DNA of 64,000 bases from Candidatus Kaiserbacteria bacterium. GTDB taxonomy: Bacteria; Patescibacteriota; Minisyncoccia; Phycocordibacterales; Phycocordibacteraceae. Below are positions 10,987-21,475 of this stretch, piece after piece. The stretch lies in assembly GCA_963699165.1 (NCBI GenBank), contig OY969413.1:63506-127505 (forward strand), in the 5' to 3' direction. The notes under the pieces were generated by a model. That model saw only the letters and a program-made list of their open reading frames with translations. It did not search any database and was not told where the DNA came from. The first letter of the stretch is position 1. Each line of letters starts with the position of its first letter. A program made the position numbers and the translations under genes.

Positions 10987-11478
10987 ATGCCGCAACGGAA
11001 ATATCTCTGGATTCTTTTGGCGGCCATTCTTCTCGCAGCCGTTTTTTTCTATAGGACAATTCCGCAGAACTTTTCGACGGGGTCTGCGAGTTCGACGGCG
11101 CAAACCCATGCCGCGCAGTTTGGCGGAGTGTCCTTGAATTTGGAGTATGCGATGACCGAAGCGGAACGAGAGAGAGGGCTTGGCGGCCGCAGCACGCTGG
11201 CGCCGGATGACGCCATGCTCTTTGTCTTCCCGCAGGATGGATATTACGGTTTCTGGATGAAAGATACCCTCATACCGCTCGATATGCTTTGGCTCGATGC
11301 TCAAGGACATGTCGTATATATCGCCGCAAACGTGGCGACCTCCTCCTATCCGAATGTCTTTTATCCGAGCGCGCCCGCTCGGTATGTCCTTGAGACGGCT
11401 GCCGGATTTTCCGCCGCCCACTCGATTGCGACCGGCACGCCGCTTTTGTTGAAAAATCTTCCGACTGTTTCGCAATAA
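10987..11478 (+). CDS. DUF192 domain protein
   Basis: It has an N-terminal TM/signal segment followed by DUF192-like motifs (..FWMKDTLIPLDMLWLDAQGHVVYI..). Confidence 0.65.
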   Translation: MPQRKYLWILLAAILLAAVFFYRTIPQNFSTGSASSTAQTHAAQFGGVSLNLEYAMTEAERERGLGGRSTLAPDDAMLFVFPQDGYYGFWMKDTLIPLDMLWLDAQGHVVYIAANVATSSYPNVFYPSAPARYVLETAAGFSAAHSIATGTPLLLKNLPTVSQ

Positions 11479-11568
11479 CGCTGTCCACAGTATGAGTTTG
11501 GGAGGAGCGGGAGTAAACTGATGTCAACGGAAAATTTTATTAGCGTTTGCCGATAACCGCCACGCCTC

Positions 11569-13959
11569 ATGTCAAAAAACGCGAAAGCAGCCGTTCGCAC
11601 GAAAGCATCGGCAGTCGTTCATGCTCCGAAAGTTGTGCAACCGCCCGTTTCGAAAGACACGCTTCGGTATCGCGAGTACCTTCCGCAAATTGAAAAGCGC
11701 GATGGGCGGCTCGTTGCGTTTGATTTCGACAAAATCGTTACTGCGATTTGGAAGGCGATGGCGGCTTCCGGAGAAGGCACGCAAGCCGATGCGGGACTTA
11801 TCGCGCACCAGGTTGTCGGCGAACTCGGACGTTTCGCGAAAAAATACAAAAACTTTCTGCCGACCGTCGAAGGGATTCAGGACTCGGTCGAGAAGTATCT
11901 CATTCTGAACGACTTCGTAAAAACGGCGAAGTCGTACATTTTGTATCGCGACAAACGGGCGCAGTTGCGCGCATCGCGCGTCGAGGTGCCGGCGCACGTG
12001 AAGAAGCTCGCAGACGAAAGCAAGAAATATTTCGAGGGAAATCCGCTCGGCGAATTCGTGTATTTGCGCACCTATGCGAAATGGATTCCGGCGGAAGGGC
12101 GTCGCGAAACGTGGGTTGAAACCGTTGACCGCTATATGAGTTTTATGCGCGAAAACCTCGGCAACAAACTCACCGATAAAGAGTATGCGGAAGTGCGCAT
12201 GGGCATTTTGAAACAGGAAGTCATGCCCTCGATGCGCCTCATGCAATTTTCGGGCGAAGCCGCGCGCCGCTGCAACACTTGCGCCTATAACTGCAGTTTT
12301 ATCGCTCCGACCAAGCTCGAGGATTTTGCGGAAATCATGTACCTCTCGATGCAGGGTGTCGGCGTCGGATTTGCAATCGAAAGCCAGAACGTCGAGCAGC
12401 TGCCGCAGATTGGAAAACAGCGCGGCGAAAAGCTTCCGACGCATGTCATCGCCGACTCGAAAGAGGGATGGTGCGATGCGCTTACGCTCGGTTTGAAGAC
12501 ATGGTACTCGGGCAAAGACATTTCTTTTGATTTCTCGCAGATTCGTCCCGCGGGAGTGCGCTTGAAGGTGATGGGCGGCAAGGCATCGGGCCCCGAGCCG
12601 CTTCGCTCCCTGCTCGGTTTCGCCCGCGAGCGCATTCTCACTCGCCAGGGACGCCGCCTGCGAACCATCGATGCGCACGACATCATCTGCAAAATCGGCG
12701 AATGTGTCGTTGCGGGCGGCGTGCGCCGCACCGCGATGATTTCGCTTTCCGACCTTGATGACGTGGAGATGCGCGATGCAAAGAAAGGGCAATTCTACAT
12801 GACTGACCCGCATCGCTCGGTTGCGAACAATTCCGCCGTGTACGAAACGCAGCCGACCAATGCGCAGCTCATGGACGAATGGGTTGCGCTCATGAAAAGC
12901 GGCGCCGGCGAACGCGGCATCTTCAATCGCGGTTCTCTTGCCGTGACGTTCCCGAAGCGCCGCGCCGAGCATTTTAAGAAAATCGGTTTCCTCGGCGAAG
13001 ACGGCGTCGTGCACGGACCGATCGGCACGAATCCTTGCGCCGAAATCATTCTGCAATCGAAACAGTTCTGCAATCTTTCGGAAGTCATCGCGCGCGCAAA
13101 CGATACGGAAGCGTCGCTTCTCCGGAAGGCGCGGCTTGCGGCGATTCTCGGCACCTACCAGTCGAGTTTGACAAAGTTCGGCTATATCTCAAAGGAATGG
13201 TCCGAGCACTGCGCGGAAGAACGGCTTCTCGGCGTTTCGATAACGGGGCAGTGGGATTCTCCGGTCGCCCGCGATGAAGCGACTATGCGCAAGGTTCGTG
13301 ATACGGCGGTAAAGACGAACGCATCCTATGCGAAGCGCTTCGGCATTTCGGCGTCGACGTCGGTGACGGCGGTAAAGCCGTCCGGCACCGTGTCGCAGAC
13401 ATTTAATTGTTCTTCCGGCATACATCCGCGCCACGCGCCGTACTATATTCGCCGCGTGCGCATCAGCGCGACCGATTCGCTCTTCAAAATGGTCCGCGAC
13501 CAGGGCGTGCCGTACTACCCGGAAGTGGGGCAGTCGGTCGAGGAAGCGAATACCTTCGTGCTTGAGTTCCCGGTGAAGTCGCCGGATCAGTCGAAAAGCG
13601 CGCATTTCAAGGATAATTTCTCGGCGCTCGAACAGCTCGAATACTGGAAGCGCGTGAAGCTCAATTTCACCGAGCACAATCCTTCCGCGACCATCTCGGT
13701 CGGCGAGGATGAGTGGATTAGCGTCGTCGATTGGGTCCAAAAGAATTGGGACATCATCGGCGGACTTTCATTCCTTCCGCGCTCAAATCACGTGTATCGC
13801 CTTGCGCCGTACGAGACGATTACAAAAGAGGAATATGAGGAACGTTTGTCCCGGTTCCCGAACATCGATTTCGCGCAATTGTACGGGTACGAGCGGCAGG
13901 ACGAAACGGATATGAAGAGGGAGCTCGCGTGCGCCGGCGGCACGTGTGAAATCGTGTAG
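11569..13959 (+). CDS. nrdJ: ribonucleotide reductase, class II (adenosylcobalamin-dependent), monomeric RTPR-like, with N-terminal ATP-cone
   Basis: It has an ATP-cone-like N-terminus and an NPCAEI active-site Cys motif. The C-terminal redox pair CAGGTCEIV resembles the C-terminal CxxxxC tail of L. leichmannii-type RTPR. Confidence 0.7.
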   Translation: MSKNAKAAVRTKASAVVHAPKVVQPPVSKDTLRYREYLPQIEKRDGRLVAFDFDKIVTAIWKAMAASGEGTQADAGLIAHQVVGELGRFAKKYKNFLPTVEGIQDSVEKYLILNDFVKTAKSYILYRDKRAQLRASRVEVPAHVKKLADESKKYFEGNPLGEFVYLRTYAKWIPAEGRRETWVETVDRYMSFMRENLGNKLTDKEYAEVRMGILKQEVMPSMRLMQFSGEAARRCNTCAYNCSFIAPTKLEDFAEIMYLSMQGVGVGFAIESQNVEQLPQIGKQRGEKLPTHVIADSKEGWCDALTLGLKTWYSGKDISFDFSQIRPAGVRLKVMGGKASGPEPLRSLLGFARERILTRQGRRLRTIDAHDIICKIGECVVAGGVRRTAMISLSDLDDVEMRDAKKGQFYMTDPHRSVANNSAVYETQPTNAQLMDEWVALMKSGAGERGIFNRGSLAVTFPKRRAEHFKKIGFLGEDGVVHGPIGTNPCAEIILQSKQFCNLSEVIARANDTEASLLRKARLAAILGTYQSSLTKFGYISKEWSEHCAEERLLGVSITGQWDSPVARDEATMRKVRDTAVKTNASYAKRFGISASTSVTAVKPSGTVSQTFNCSSGIHPRHAPYYIRRVRISATDSLFKMVRDQGVPYYPEVGQSVEEANTFVLEFPVKSPDQSKSAHFKDNFSALEQLEYWKRVKLNFTEHNPSATISVGEDEWISVVDWVQKNWDIIGGLSFLPRSNHVYRLAPYETITKEEYEERLSRFPNIDFAQLYGYERQDETDMKRELACAGGTCEIV

Positions 13960-13976
13960 TTTACCGGTTTGATAGC

Positions 13977-14005
13977 AAAAACCCGCGCAGGAGCGCGGGT
14001 TTTTG
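13977..14005 (+). terminator. rho-independent terminator
   Basis: AAAAACCCGCGC-AGGA-GCGCGGGTTTTTG. Confidence 0.65.
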
Positions 14006-14104
14006 CATTTTCGAAGACCGGGTCGATAAGCCGAATTCTGTCTCGTCCAGCACCAACTTTGCCATCGTTTGGTTTGTGTCAATCCGGACACAATGACAAA
14101 GTTG

Positions 14105-14470
14105 GTGCTGGAGAGCGACGATTATTTATCTGGGACGCCGATTACTCGACGCCTCAAGCGGCACTCCCTAAAACATGCTTCGCATGTTCGCGAAAGCATA
14201 TTTTAAGACACGGCCTTGCATACGGGTAAGGATTTGTTCGTTGCACCTCTTTAGTCACCTAAAGAGCTCATCCCGCTCGATGGCGGGATGCCCGTGCGCT
14301 TTCGCGTACAAGCGTCTCTGTGAGCACCTCTATCCTTGCGGACGACGGGCGTTACCCGCTACCTTGCTCCTGTCGCATCATTACGATGCGCGGATATGTT
14401 CGGACTTTCCTCGCCGAGCATCTTTAAGGTGCTTGGCGCAATCGTCTGACCCGGTCCTCTCTCATTATAC
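14105..14470 (-). ncRNA. rnpB: RNase P RNA (bacterial type A) candidate
   Basis: The minus-strand RNA contains GAGGAAAGUCCGAAC (P4 / CR-I region), GGUAACGCC, GCGAAAGCGCAC and GCUUGAGG elements in canonical order. A P3-like hairpin GCCAAGCA..UGCUCGGC precedes P4, and a possible P2 pairing is GACGAUU / AAUCGUC. It lies in a ~450-bp non-coding gap. Confidence 0.55.
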
Positions 14471-14561
14471 CACAATTATTGGTTGTGGATGAAGGACTAG
14501 ACAAACGTCCGTACGCGGTATACTGGACTCTATTATCATTCAGTAGCATCAAATAATTTAT

Positions 14562-16952
14562 ATGCCCCCGCAACAGACAGGTGATTCAGCGCATGCAACG
14601 TCGCGCCGTTCGCTCGATACCGTCAGCGCACTTGCGCTCATTATTACGTTAGTAGCCGTTCTCTTAATATTTACACCGGGCATTTCAGTCGCTATTACGA
14701 CAAGCAAGACCTTCCTTCTTGCGGCCGGTGCGCTTGTTACGCTTGTAATATACATATTTGCACGTCTTGCGCGCGGGAATGCCGTCTTTCCGCCGTTAGT
14801 TCTTCTCGGGGCAATTTGGTTGCCGGTGCTTGCGTATGCATTCTCGTCCGTTTTCTCGGGCGTTTCTTTCTCGAATGCGTTATGGGGCACCGCGCTTGAA
14901 CCGGATACGCTCGGCGCTCTGCTCATCGTGGCGACCGTCGGGACGCTTTCGGCGCTCACAATCCGCCGTCCCGAACACTACCGAACGTTTCTTAGCGTCG
15001 GCGCGTATACGTTCGGCCTCGTTGCGCTGCTTCAACTTCTCGTGATTCTAGTCGGTCAGTTCGCTCCGAATTTCGTCTCCCCGGCGTTTTCCTTCCTGGG
15101 TTCCTCCGGGGACTTGGCGTCGTTCCTCGGCCTTGGAGTTATCGCCACGCTTGTCTCGGTTCGGTTCACGAAACTGTCACAGCGCACAAAGACGTTGCTT
15201 ATCGTCGCGGGTGCAATTTCGCTTTTCCTTCTGGCAGTTCAGAATTCAACGCTTGTTTGGGTTCTTCTTGCAATTGTATCGCTCGGACTCTTCGTCGAGT
15301 CGGTCATGCGCCGCGGTTCGAAAGGCGCCGATGCCGATATCGACGACTCGGTTGTTCTTGAAGAAGAATCGCCGGTTGAAGCGGGCGGGGGCACGCGTTC
15401 TCTCGTATTCCCGCTTACGGTGCTTGCTATCTCGCTCTTCTTCCTTATTGGGAGCACGCTCGGCAATGCCCTTGCAAGCTCGCTGCACATAACTATCTTG
15501 AATATCCGGCCGTCCTGGCAGTCGACATTCTCGGTCGCGCATTCGGTGTATGGCACGTCGCCGATTTTCGGAACCGGTCCGAGCACGTTTGGCGCCGACT
15601 GGCTCAAATATCGCGATCCTTCCCTCAACACGACGGTATTCTGGGATGTTGACTTTACCTCGGGCATCGGCTTCATTCCGACATCCTTTGCTACTATCGG
15701 CATCCTGGGAATTCTTGCGTGGCTGGCCTTCTTCGGTCTGTTCCTGGTGCTTGGCCTGCGCACACTGATTTTCCGGTCATCGAAGGACGCATATGTCCAA
15801 TATGTCTCGATACTGTCTTTCCTCGCATCGGTGTATCTTTTCACCATTGCGGTGTTTGACCTGCCGAATGTCGTGATTCTCGGTCTGGCATTCGTCTTTG
15901 CGGGCCTGTTCGTCTCTACGACGCGATATGCGGCAAACGGAAAGCAGTGGGGCATTGTCTTCTCGAGAAGTCCGCGGCTTGGCTTCGTGATTGTCTTCTC
16001 GCTCACAATCCTTCTTCTTGCGTCGGTGGTTGCCGCATATGCGCTTGTCGGACGCTATATCGCAGTCAAGGAGCTTGCCGATGCCAGCACCGCATTTGCG
16101 GCCGGCAATTATGCGCTTGCCGAACAGTCGGCGCAGAATGCGGTTGCATTTGCTCCGAACGCGGCCGCGTACCAGGTTGAAGCGGGTGTCGCAACCGCGC
16201 ATCTCAGTCAGATTGCTTCGTCATCGACGCTTCCGGCGGCAGCTGCGCAACAGCAGTTCCAGAACGAACTTTCCGCGGGCATCACGGCTGCGCTTACGGC
16301 AACCCGATACGCGCCGAATGATTATCAGAACTGGCTCGCACTTGGAAATCTCTACGGACAAGCGGTTCCGATAGGAGTTTCCGGCGCATACAGCGCCGCG
16401 GCTACTGCATACAAAAAGGCCGAAACGCTCAATCCGACCAATCCTCAGATTCCGTATATCCTCGCTCAGCTCGATATCGTAAATAAGGATACAAAGTCGG
16501 CCGAGGCGGACCTAAAGACGGCAATTCAACTCAAACCGGACTACACGGCAGCCATCTTCCTTCTTTCGCAGCTTGAAGTTCAGGACGGCAACCTGAAGGA
16601 TGCCCTTACGGCAGCGCTTGCCGCAGCGTACTTCACACCGAACGACCCGAACATTCTGTTCCAGGTCGGACTCTTGAGTGCAGCTTCGGGTGACTACGCG
16701 ACCGCCGAAAAAGCTCTTCAGGGCTCGGTTGCCGCGAATCCTCAGTTCGCAAATGCGCGCTACTTCCTCGCAGCTATCTATGCGAAAAATGGCGACTATT
16801 CGGACGCCACACAGCAGATTCAGGCGGTTTCCGCGATGTCGGCTGACAACGCCAAGTCCGTTGCGACTCAGCTTGCGGCGCTTCAGGCGGGCAAGGATCC
16901 GTTCCCGGCAAATCTGCTCTCCGTAGCGTCTTCGACACCTGTAACGCCTTAG
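14562..16952 (+). CDS. large polytopic membrane protein (O-antigen-ligase/Wzy-like N-terminal region) with C-terminal TPR repeats
   Basis: About 12 TM helices are followed by a periplasmic/cytoplasmic TPR-like Ala/Tyr-rich repeat region (..AYQVEAGVATAHL.., ..ARYFLAAIYAKNGDYSDA..). Confidence 0.65.
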   Translation: MPPQQTGDSAHATSRRSLDTVSALALIITLVAVLLIFTPGISVAITTSKTFLLAAGALVTLVIYIFARLARGNAVFPPLVLLGAIWLPVLAYAFSSVFSGVSFSNALWGTALEPDTLGALLIVATVGTLSALTIRRPEHYRTFLSVGAYTFGLVALLQLLVILVGQFAPNFVSPAFSFLGSSGDLASFLGLGVIATLVSVRFTKLSQRTKTLLIVAGAISLFLLAVQNSTLVWVLLAIVSLGLFVESVMRRGSKGADADIDDSVVLEEESPVEAGGGTRSLVFPLTVLAISLFFLIGSTLGNALASSLHITILNIRPSWQSTFSVAHSVYGTSPIFGTGPSTFGADWLKYRDPSLNTTVFWDVDFTSGIGFIPTSFATIGILGILAWLAFFGLFLVLGLRTLIFRSSKDAYVQYVSILSFLASVYLFTIAVFDLPNVVILGLAFVFAGLFVSTTRYAANGKQWGIVFSRSPRLGFVIVFSLTILLLASVVAAYALVGRYIAVKELADASTAFAAGNYALAEQSAQNAVAFAPNAAAYQVEAGVATAHLSQIASSSTLPAAAAQQQFQNELSAGITAALTATRYAPNDYQNWLALGNLYGQAVPIGVSGAYSAAATAYKKAETLNPTNPQIPYILAQLDIVNKDTKSAEADLKTAIQLKPDYTAAIFLLSQLEVQDGNLKDALTAALAAAYFTPNDPNILFQVGLLSAASGDYATAEKALQGSVAANPQFANARYFLAAIYAKNGDYSDATQQIQAVSAMSADNAKSVATQLAALQAGKDPFPANLLSVASSTPVTP

Positions 16953-16974
16953 TAAATTAGGGTATTATAGGGCA

Positions 16975-18654
16975 ATGGTTCGACGTATTTTCGAACGCAT
17001 TGCTGCACCGATACGCGGCCTGCATCAGGCCGCGTATCTGCTTGCAGCATTGACGCTCGCATCCCAAATTCTCGCGCTTTTGCGCGACCGGACATTTGCG
17101 CACGCCTTTGGGGCAGGGCAGACGCTCGACCTCTACTATGCGGCATTTCGCGTGCCCGACCTCGTGTTTGCGCTCGTTTCGTCGCTTGTGAGCGCGTATG
17201 TCATCATTCCGCGTATCGCCGGCATGGATAAAGAATCGACGAAAGAATTACTCTCCGAATCGGCAACGTTCTTATTGGTTGCCGGCGGCGCCATCTGTTT
17301 TCTCTTCGCCGTGTTCATGCCGCAATTCCTCGCGTTTCTGTATCCGAGCTTAAGCGCCTCGCCGCAGCAGGGCTCGTTCATCATGCTTGCGCGACTGCTT
17401 CTCTTGCAGCCGATTTTGCTTGGCCTATCGGGCGTGCTCGGAAGCGTCACGCAAGTGCACCGGCGATTCGTGCTGTTTGCGATGTCGCCGGTGCTCTATA
17501 ACCTCGGCATTATCCTCGGCACCGTTTTCCTCTATCCGTATTTCGGACTGGTCGGCATCGGCATCGGCGTAATCGCGGGAGCGGTCGCGCATCTTGCGGT
17601 CAATCTTCCGATTATCGCCGAGGCGGGAGTTACGCCGAAGCTTCGCATCCCGCGCTTTGCGCGCATGATGCCGGTGATACGGAGTTCGGTGCCGCGTTCT
17701 CTTGCGCTCGGCATGAGCTCGATTACGGCGCTTGTTCTCACCGCCCTCGCTTCGAGAGTCGGAACCGGCGCCGTTTCCGTCTTTACACTCGCGGGCAATC
17801 TCGAGGCGGTGCCGCTCGCGCTCATCGGTTCATCGTACGCGATTGCGACATTTCCCGCGCTTTCCGAAGCTAGCGCGCTCGAAAAACGCGCGGAATTCAC
17901 GCAGATTCTTTCAGCGGCTTCGCGGCACATCATTCTTTGGTCGCTCGTTTTCATCGGACTCATCGCCGTGCTTCGCGCGCATATCGTTCGCGTGATTCTC
18001 GGCAGCGGCGCATTCGATTGGAATGCGACGCGGCTCACCGCCGCGCTGCTTATTGTGTTTGCCGCCGGCTTGGTTGCGCAGGGATTGGTGCTGCTTTTTT
18101 CCCGCGCGTTGTATGCCGCGCGGCAATCATGGCGGCCGCTCCTGTATCAGCTTATCGGCGGAACATTGACCGTGCTTCTGGCAATCTGTTTCCTCAATAT
18201 GAATCCGGCGCAGCTGTCGTTGCCGCTTGCGGATTATCTTCGCGTCGGCGATGTTCCGGGCACAAACATTTTGCTTCTTGCGCTTGCATCCACGCTCGGA
18301 CAAATTTTTCTCGTCTTTCTCTCTTTGTTTGCGCTTCGCAGCACGGCAGCGCAGCTCGGGCGAATGTTGTGGCGGCCGTTTATTGACGGCTGCATCGCCG
18401 CAATTGCGGGCGGCACGGCGGCGTACGCGACACTTGCGCTTCTCGGCGGCATCGCGCCGCTGACGACGCTGCTCGCCGTTTTTACGCAGGGACTCCTTGC
18501 GGGAATCGTCGGCCTTGCGGTTTCCGCGCTTGCGCTCGTGCTCGTAAAAAATAGGGAGTTTGGCGCAATGGTCGTTGCGTTTGATAAGCTTGCACAGCGA
18601 AGAATGCCTACCGCGGTTTTGTCGCCCTCAGCGGAAGAACCATTACAACCGTGA
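16975..18654 (+). CDS. murJ: lipid II flippase MurJ/MviN family
   Basis: 559-aa protein with 14 TM helices. The N-terminal conserved region (..LRDRTFAHAFGAGQTLDLYYAAFRVPDL..) matches the MurJ signature. Confidence 0.7.
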   Translation: MVRRIFERIAAPIRGLHQAAYLLAALTLASQILALLRDRTFAHAFGAGQTLDLYYAAFRVPDLVFALVSSLVSAYVIIPRIAGMDKESTKELLSESATFLLVAGGAICFLFAVFMPQFLAFLYPSLSASPQQGSFIMLARLLLLQPILLGLSGVLGSVTQVHRRFVLFAMSPVLYNLGIILGTVFLYPYFGLVGIGIGVIAGAVAHLAVNLPIIAEAGVTPKLRIPRFARMMPVIRSSVPRSLALGMSSITALVLTALASRVGTGAVSVFTLAGNLEAVPLALIGSSYAIATFPALSEASALEKRAEFTQILSAASRHIILWSLVFIGLIAVLRAHIVRVILGSGAFDWNATRLTAALLIVFAAGLVAQGLVLLFSRALYAARQSWRPLLYQLIGGTLTVLLAICFLNMNPAQLSLPLADYLRVGDVPGTNILLLALASTLGQIFLVFLSLFALRSTAAQLGRMLWRPFIDGCIAAIAGGTAAYATLALLGGIAPLTTLLAVFTQGLLAGIVGLAVSALALVLVKNREFGAMVVAFDKLAQRRMPTAVLSPSAEEPLQP

Positions 18655-20453
18655 ACCAGAAAAACATCCGCAACTTTTCAATCATCGCGCACGTCGACCA
18701 CGGCAAATCGACGCTGGCCGACCGTCTGCTCGAACGCACGGGAACGATTCCTGCGCGTCTGATGCGCGACCAGGTGCTCGACCGCATGGACCTTGAACGC
18801 GAACGCGGTATTACCATCAAAATGCAGCCGGTGCGAATGCAGTACGGCGAATTCACGCTGAACCTCATCGACACTCCTGGACATATTGATTTTTCGTACG
18901 AGGTCTCGCGCGCGCTCCATGCGGTCGAAGGCGTGCTCCTTTTGGTCGATTCGACGCAAGGCGTTCAGGCGCAGACCTTGACCACCTTCGCCGCCGCGCG
19001 CGCCCAGCAGTGCACCATCATTCCCGTCGTTTCAAAAATCGATTCGCCCTCCGCGCGCGTGCAGGAAGTGAAGAATGAACTTGCACAGCTGGTCGGGGTC
19101 TCTGCCGATGATGTGCTCGCGGTTTCCGGCAAAAGCGGGGAAGGCGTCGACAAGCTGCTTCAAGCCATCATTGAGCGCGTCCCGCCTCCGCACGATGCGA
19201 CGACTGCGCAGGTTCACACCGACGAGCCGCGCGGTCTCATTTTCGACTTTTCGTATTCCGCGCATCGCGGCGTCATCGTGTACATGCGCGTGTTCGACGG
19301 CATTTTCAAAAAGGGACAATCGCTTGCGTTTCGCGCCGCAGACAAGGACTTCATCTCGCTTGAAACGGGAATTTTCACGCCGGGAGAAACGCCCTCCGAA
19401 TCGCTTTCCGCCGGAGAAATCGGCTACATCGTGACCGGCATCAAGGAACCGGGCGTCGTCGCCGTCGGCGATACTATCGGCGCGGCAAAGGGCGCACTGC
19501 CCGCGCTTCCGGGCTACGAACGGCCGCGGCCGGTCGTGTGGGCGTCCGTGTACCCCGAAAGTCAGGATGACCTTCCACTTTTGCGCCACTCGCTCGAGCG
19601 ATTGCGCCTTTCCGACTCGTCGCTATCGTTTGAGGAGGAATCCTCGGGCGTGCTCGGCAGGGGATTCCGGTGCGGTTTTCTCGGACTGCTGCATCTTGAA
19701 ATCATCACCGAGCGATTGAAACGCGAATTCAATCTCTCGCTTATCGTCACCATTCCGACCATTTCGTACGTCGTGACGCGCACAAACGGCGTGCGCGAGA
19801 TTGTGTACACGCCCGCAAAATTTCCGGAACACGGCGACATACTAAAAATCGAAGAACCGTGGGCGAAGGTCGTCATCATCACGCCGCCCGATTCGGTGAG
19901 TTCGCTCATACAATTGCTCTACGAGCACGAAGCACAAACACTTTCGACCGAAACATTCCACGACGGCCGCATCGAGATGATTGTCGAGATGCCGCTTCGC
20001 GAACTCATGCGCGGCTTTTTCGACACGCTCAAAAACATTTCTTCCGGGTATGCGTCGCTCTCGTACGAAATTCTTCCCGAGCGGGAAGCTGATGTGGTGC
20101 GGCTTGATGTGCTTGTCGCGGAAGAGCCGGTGCCGGCGTTTGCGCGCGTCGTTGCGGCGCGCCGCGTGCAGGAAGAAGCGGAGAAGATGGTTGAGAAATT
20201 GCACGGGCTGCTGCCGAAGCAATTGTTCGTCACAAAGATTCAAGCCCGAACCGGCGGCCGTATCATTGCCTCGCGTTCGCTTTCCGCGATGCGCAAAGAC
20301 GTGACGGGATATTTGTACGGCGGCGATGTCTCGCGCAAACTGAAATTATTGCAAAAGCAAAAGCGCGGCAAAAAGAAAATGCTGGAGCGAGGCACGGGCA
20401 AAGTAAATATTCCCGAAGAGGTGTTTATGAAGATGGTGCGGTCGGGCGAGTAA
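18651..20453 (+). CDS. lepA: elongation factor 4 (LepA)
   Basis: G-domain motifs AHVDHGKST, DTPGH and SKID are present. The LepA-specific C-terminal domain carries the GGDVSRKLKLLQKQKRGKKKM motif. Confidence 0.9.
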   Translation: MNQKNIRNFSIIAHVDHGKSTLADRLLERTGTIPARLMRDQVLDRMDLERERGITIKMQPVRMQYGEFTLNLIDTPGHIDFSYEVSRALHAVEGVLLLVDSTQGVQAQTLTTFAAARAQQCTIIPVVSKIDSPSARVQEVKNELAQLVGVSADDVLAVSGKSGEGVDKLLQAIIERVPPPHDATTAQVHTDEPRGLIFDFSYSAHRGVIVYMRVFDGIFKKGQSLAFRAADKDFISLETGIFTPGETPSESLSAGEIGYIVTGIKEPGVVAVGDTIGAAKGALPALPGYERPRPVVWASVYPESQDDLPLLRHSLERLRLSDSSLSFEEESSGVLGRGFRCGFLGLLHLEIITERLKREFNLSLIVTIPTISYVVTRTNGVREIVYTPAKFPEHGDILKIEEPWAKVVIITPPDSVSSLIQLLYEHEAQTLSTETFHDGRIEMIVEMPLRELMRGFFDTLKNISSGYASLSYEILPEREADVVRLDVLVAEEPVPAFARVVAARRVQEEAEKMVEKLHGLLPKQLFVTKIQARTGGRIIASRSLSAMRKDVTGYLYGGDVSRKLKLLQKQKRGKKKMLERGTGKVNIPEEVFMKMVRSGE

Positions 20454-20490
20454 GATCGGCGCACCCCGCCTCTCGCGGTATACTAAAAGC

Positions 20491-20829
20491 ATGCGCGCGA
20501 AACAGTGGCAAAACGGATTCCTCATAGGATTTTTGTTGCTTGTGGCCTTCTGGCTTAGCTGGCTGATTTGGGGGCTTGCGGGGAAAGCGCGGATAGCGGT
20601 TTCGCAGGCGCGTGAGGCGAAAGGGCAGTATGAGGCGCTTGAACAGCGCAAGGCGACGCTTGAGGCAAACTTAAGCGCGCTTGGCACGAGCCGAGGACAA
20701 GACGCCGCCATTCGCACGGCGTTCGGGGTTGCGCGGCCCGGCGAAGAGGTTATCGTGGTTGTGCCGCCGGCAACGGCGACGCCGACAACAACGCCGCCGT
20801 GGTGGCGGCGCATACTGGATTGGTTCTGA
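20491..20829 (+). CDS. septum formation initiator (FtsB/DivIC-like) family protein
   Basis: It has a single N-terminal TM helix followed by a coiled-coil segment, then a Thr/Pro-rich tail. Confidence 0.4.
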   Translation: MRAKQWQNGFLIGFLLLVAFWLSWLIWGLAGKARIAVSQAREAKGQYEALEQRKATLEANLSALGTSRGQDAAIRTAFGVARPGEEVIVVVPPATATPTTTPPWWRRILDWF

Positions 20830-20831
20830 TT

Positions 20832-20902
20832 GCGGGTATGGTTCAGTGGCAGAACGATTGCTTCCCAAGCAATAAACGCGAGTTCGATTCTCGCTACCCG
20901 CA
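20832..20902 (+). tRNA. tRNA-Gly (anticodon CCC)
   Basis: The cloverleaf is GCGGGTA/TACCCGC acceptor, GTTC/GAAC D-stem, ATTGC-TTCCCAA-GCAAT anticodon arm and GCGAG-TTCGATT-CTCGC T-arm. No CCA is encoded. Confidence 0.85.
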
Positions 20903-20962
20903 CAAAACGAATGAAGTGAGATTTCTGCAGTAGGCCGACGTTCGGTTTGACAGCGGCGGCGT

Positions 20963-21475
20963 TTGCAAGCATTATCGAAAATAGGCACACGTGCTGTAAG
21001 CCTGTTCGCATTCTTTAGAGGGAGAAACAAGGTGGATGAAATCCAAGAGCTCATTCAAATAGCGAATGACGGGAAAAATGAGGGGTACTACGCGCCTGCT
21101 AATATTGTTTTCGTAGTGTTGCTGTTACGATATCTAGCAAATGAAGCAGGACTAGTTTTGAAAGTGGAAACCAACGATCCGGAAGGAGCAAATCCGAGCG
21201 AAGCATATTACGACCTGCTGGTTTTGTGCTACGGAGAGCACGAGATCTGCATTCCGGTGACGCTCATCGAGCGTACCTTGCTTTTTACAGCCATGAAAAC
21301 AAAACCGCAGTGTGTTGCCCGGAGGAATCATAGACGTCAGGTCAGCGTAGGAGAACCCGCAAGGGAAATTTGTCGTCAAGAGAGGATCTGTGAACTTCTC
21401 GGTGAAAATCTCATACGATACGCTGTGGATCGCATCGAATCGCCCATGAAATCGGTACGTTCTCACGGGTATTAA
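20963..21475 (+). CDS. hypothetical protein whose 3' end lies inside the IS1595 terminal repeat (probably disrupted)
   Basis: 170-aa ORF with no recognisable domain. Its last codons are encoded by the IS inverted repeat. Confidence 0.3.
   Translation: MQALSKIGTRAVSLFAFFRGRNKVDEIQELIQIANDGKNEGYYAPANIVFVVLLLRYLANEAGLVLKVETNDPEGANPSEAYYDLLVLCYGEHEICIPVTLIERTLLFTAMKTKPQCVARRNHRRQVSVGEPAREICRQERICELLGENLIRYAVDRIESPMKSVRSHGY

Noticed and set aside
11572-13056. 494-aa minus-strand ORF
   Set aside because: It is antisense to the ribonucleotide reductase gene and has Arg/Ala-rich composition.
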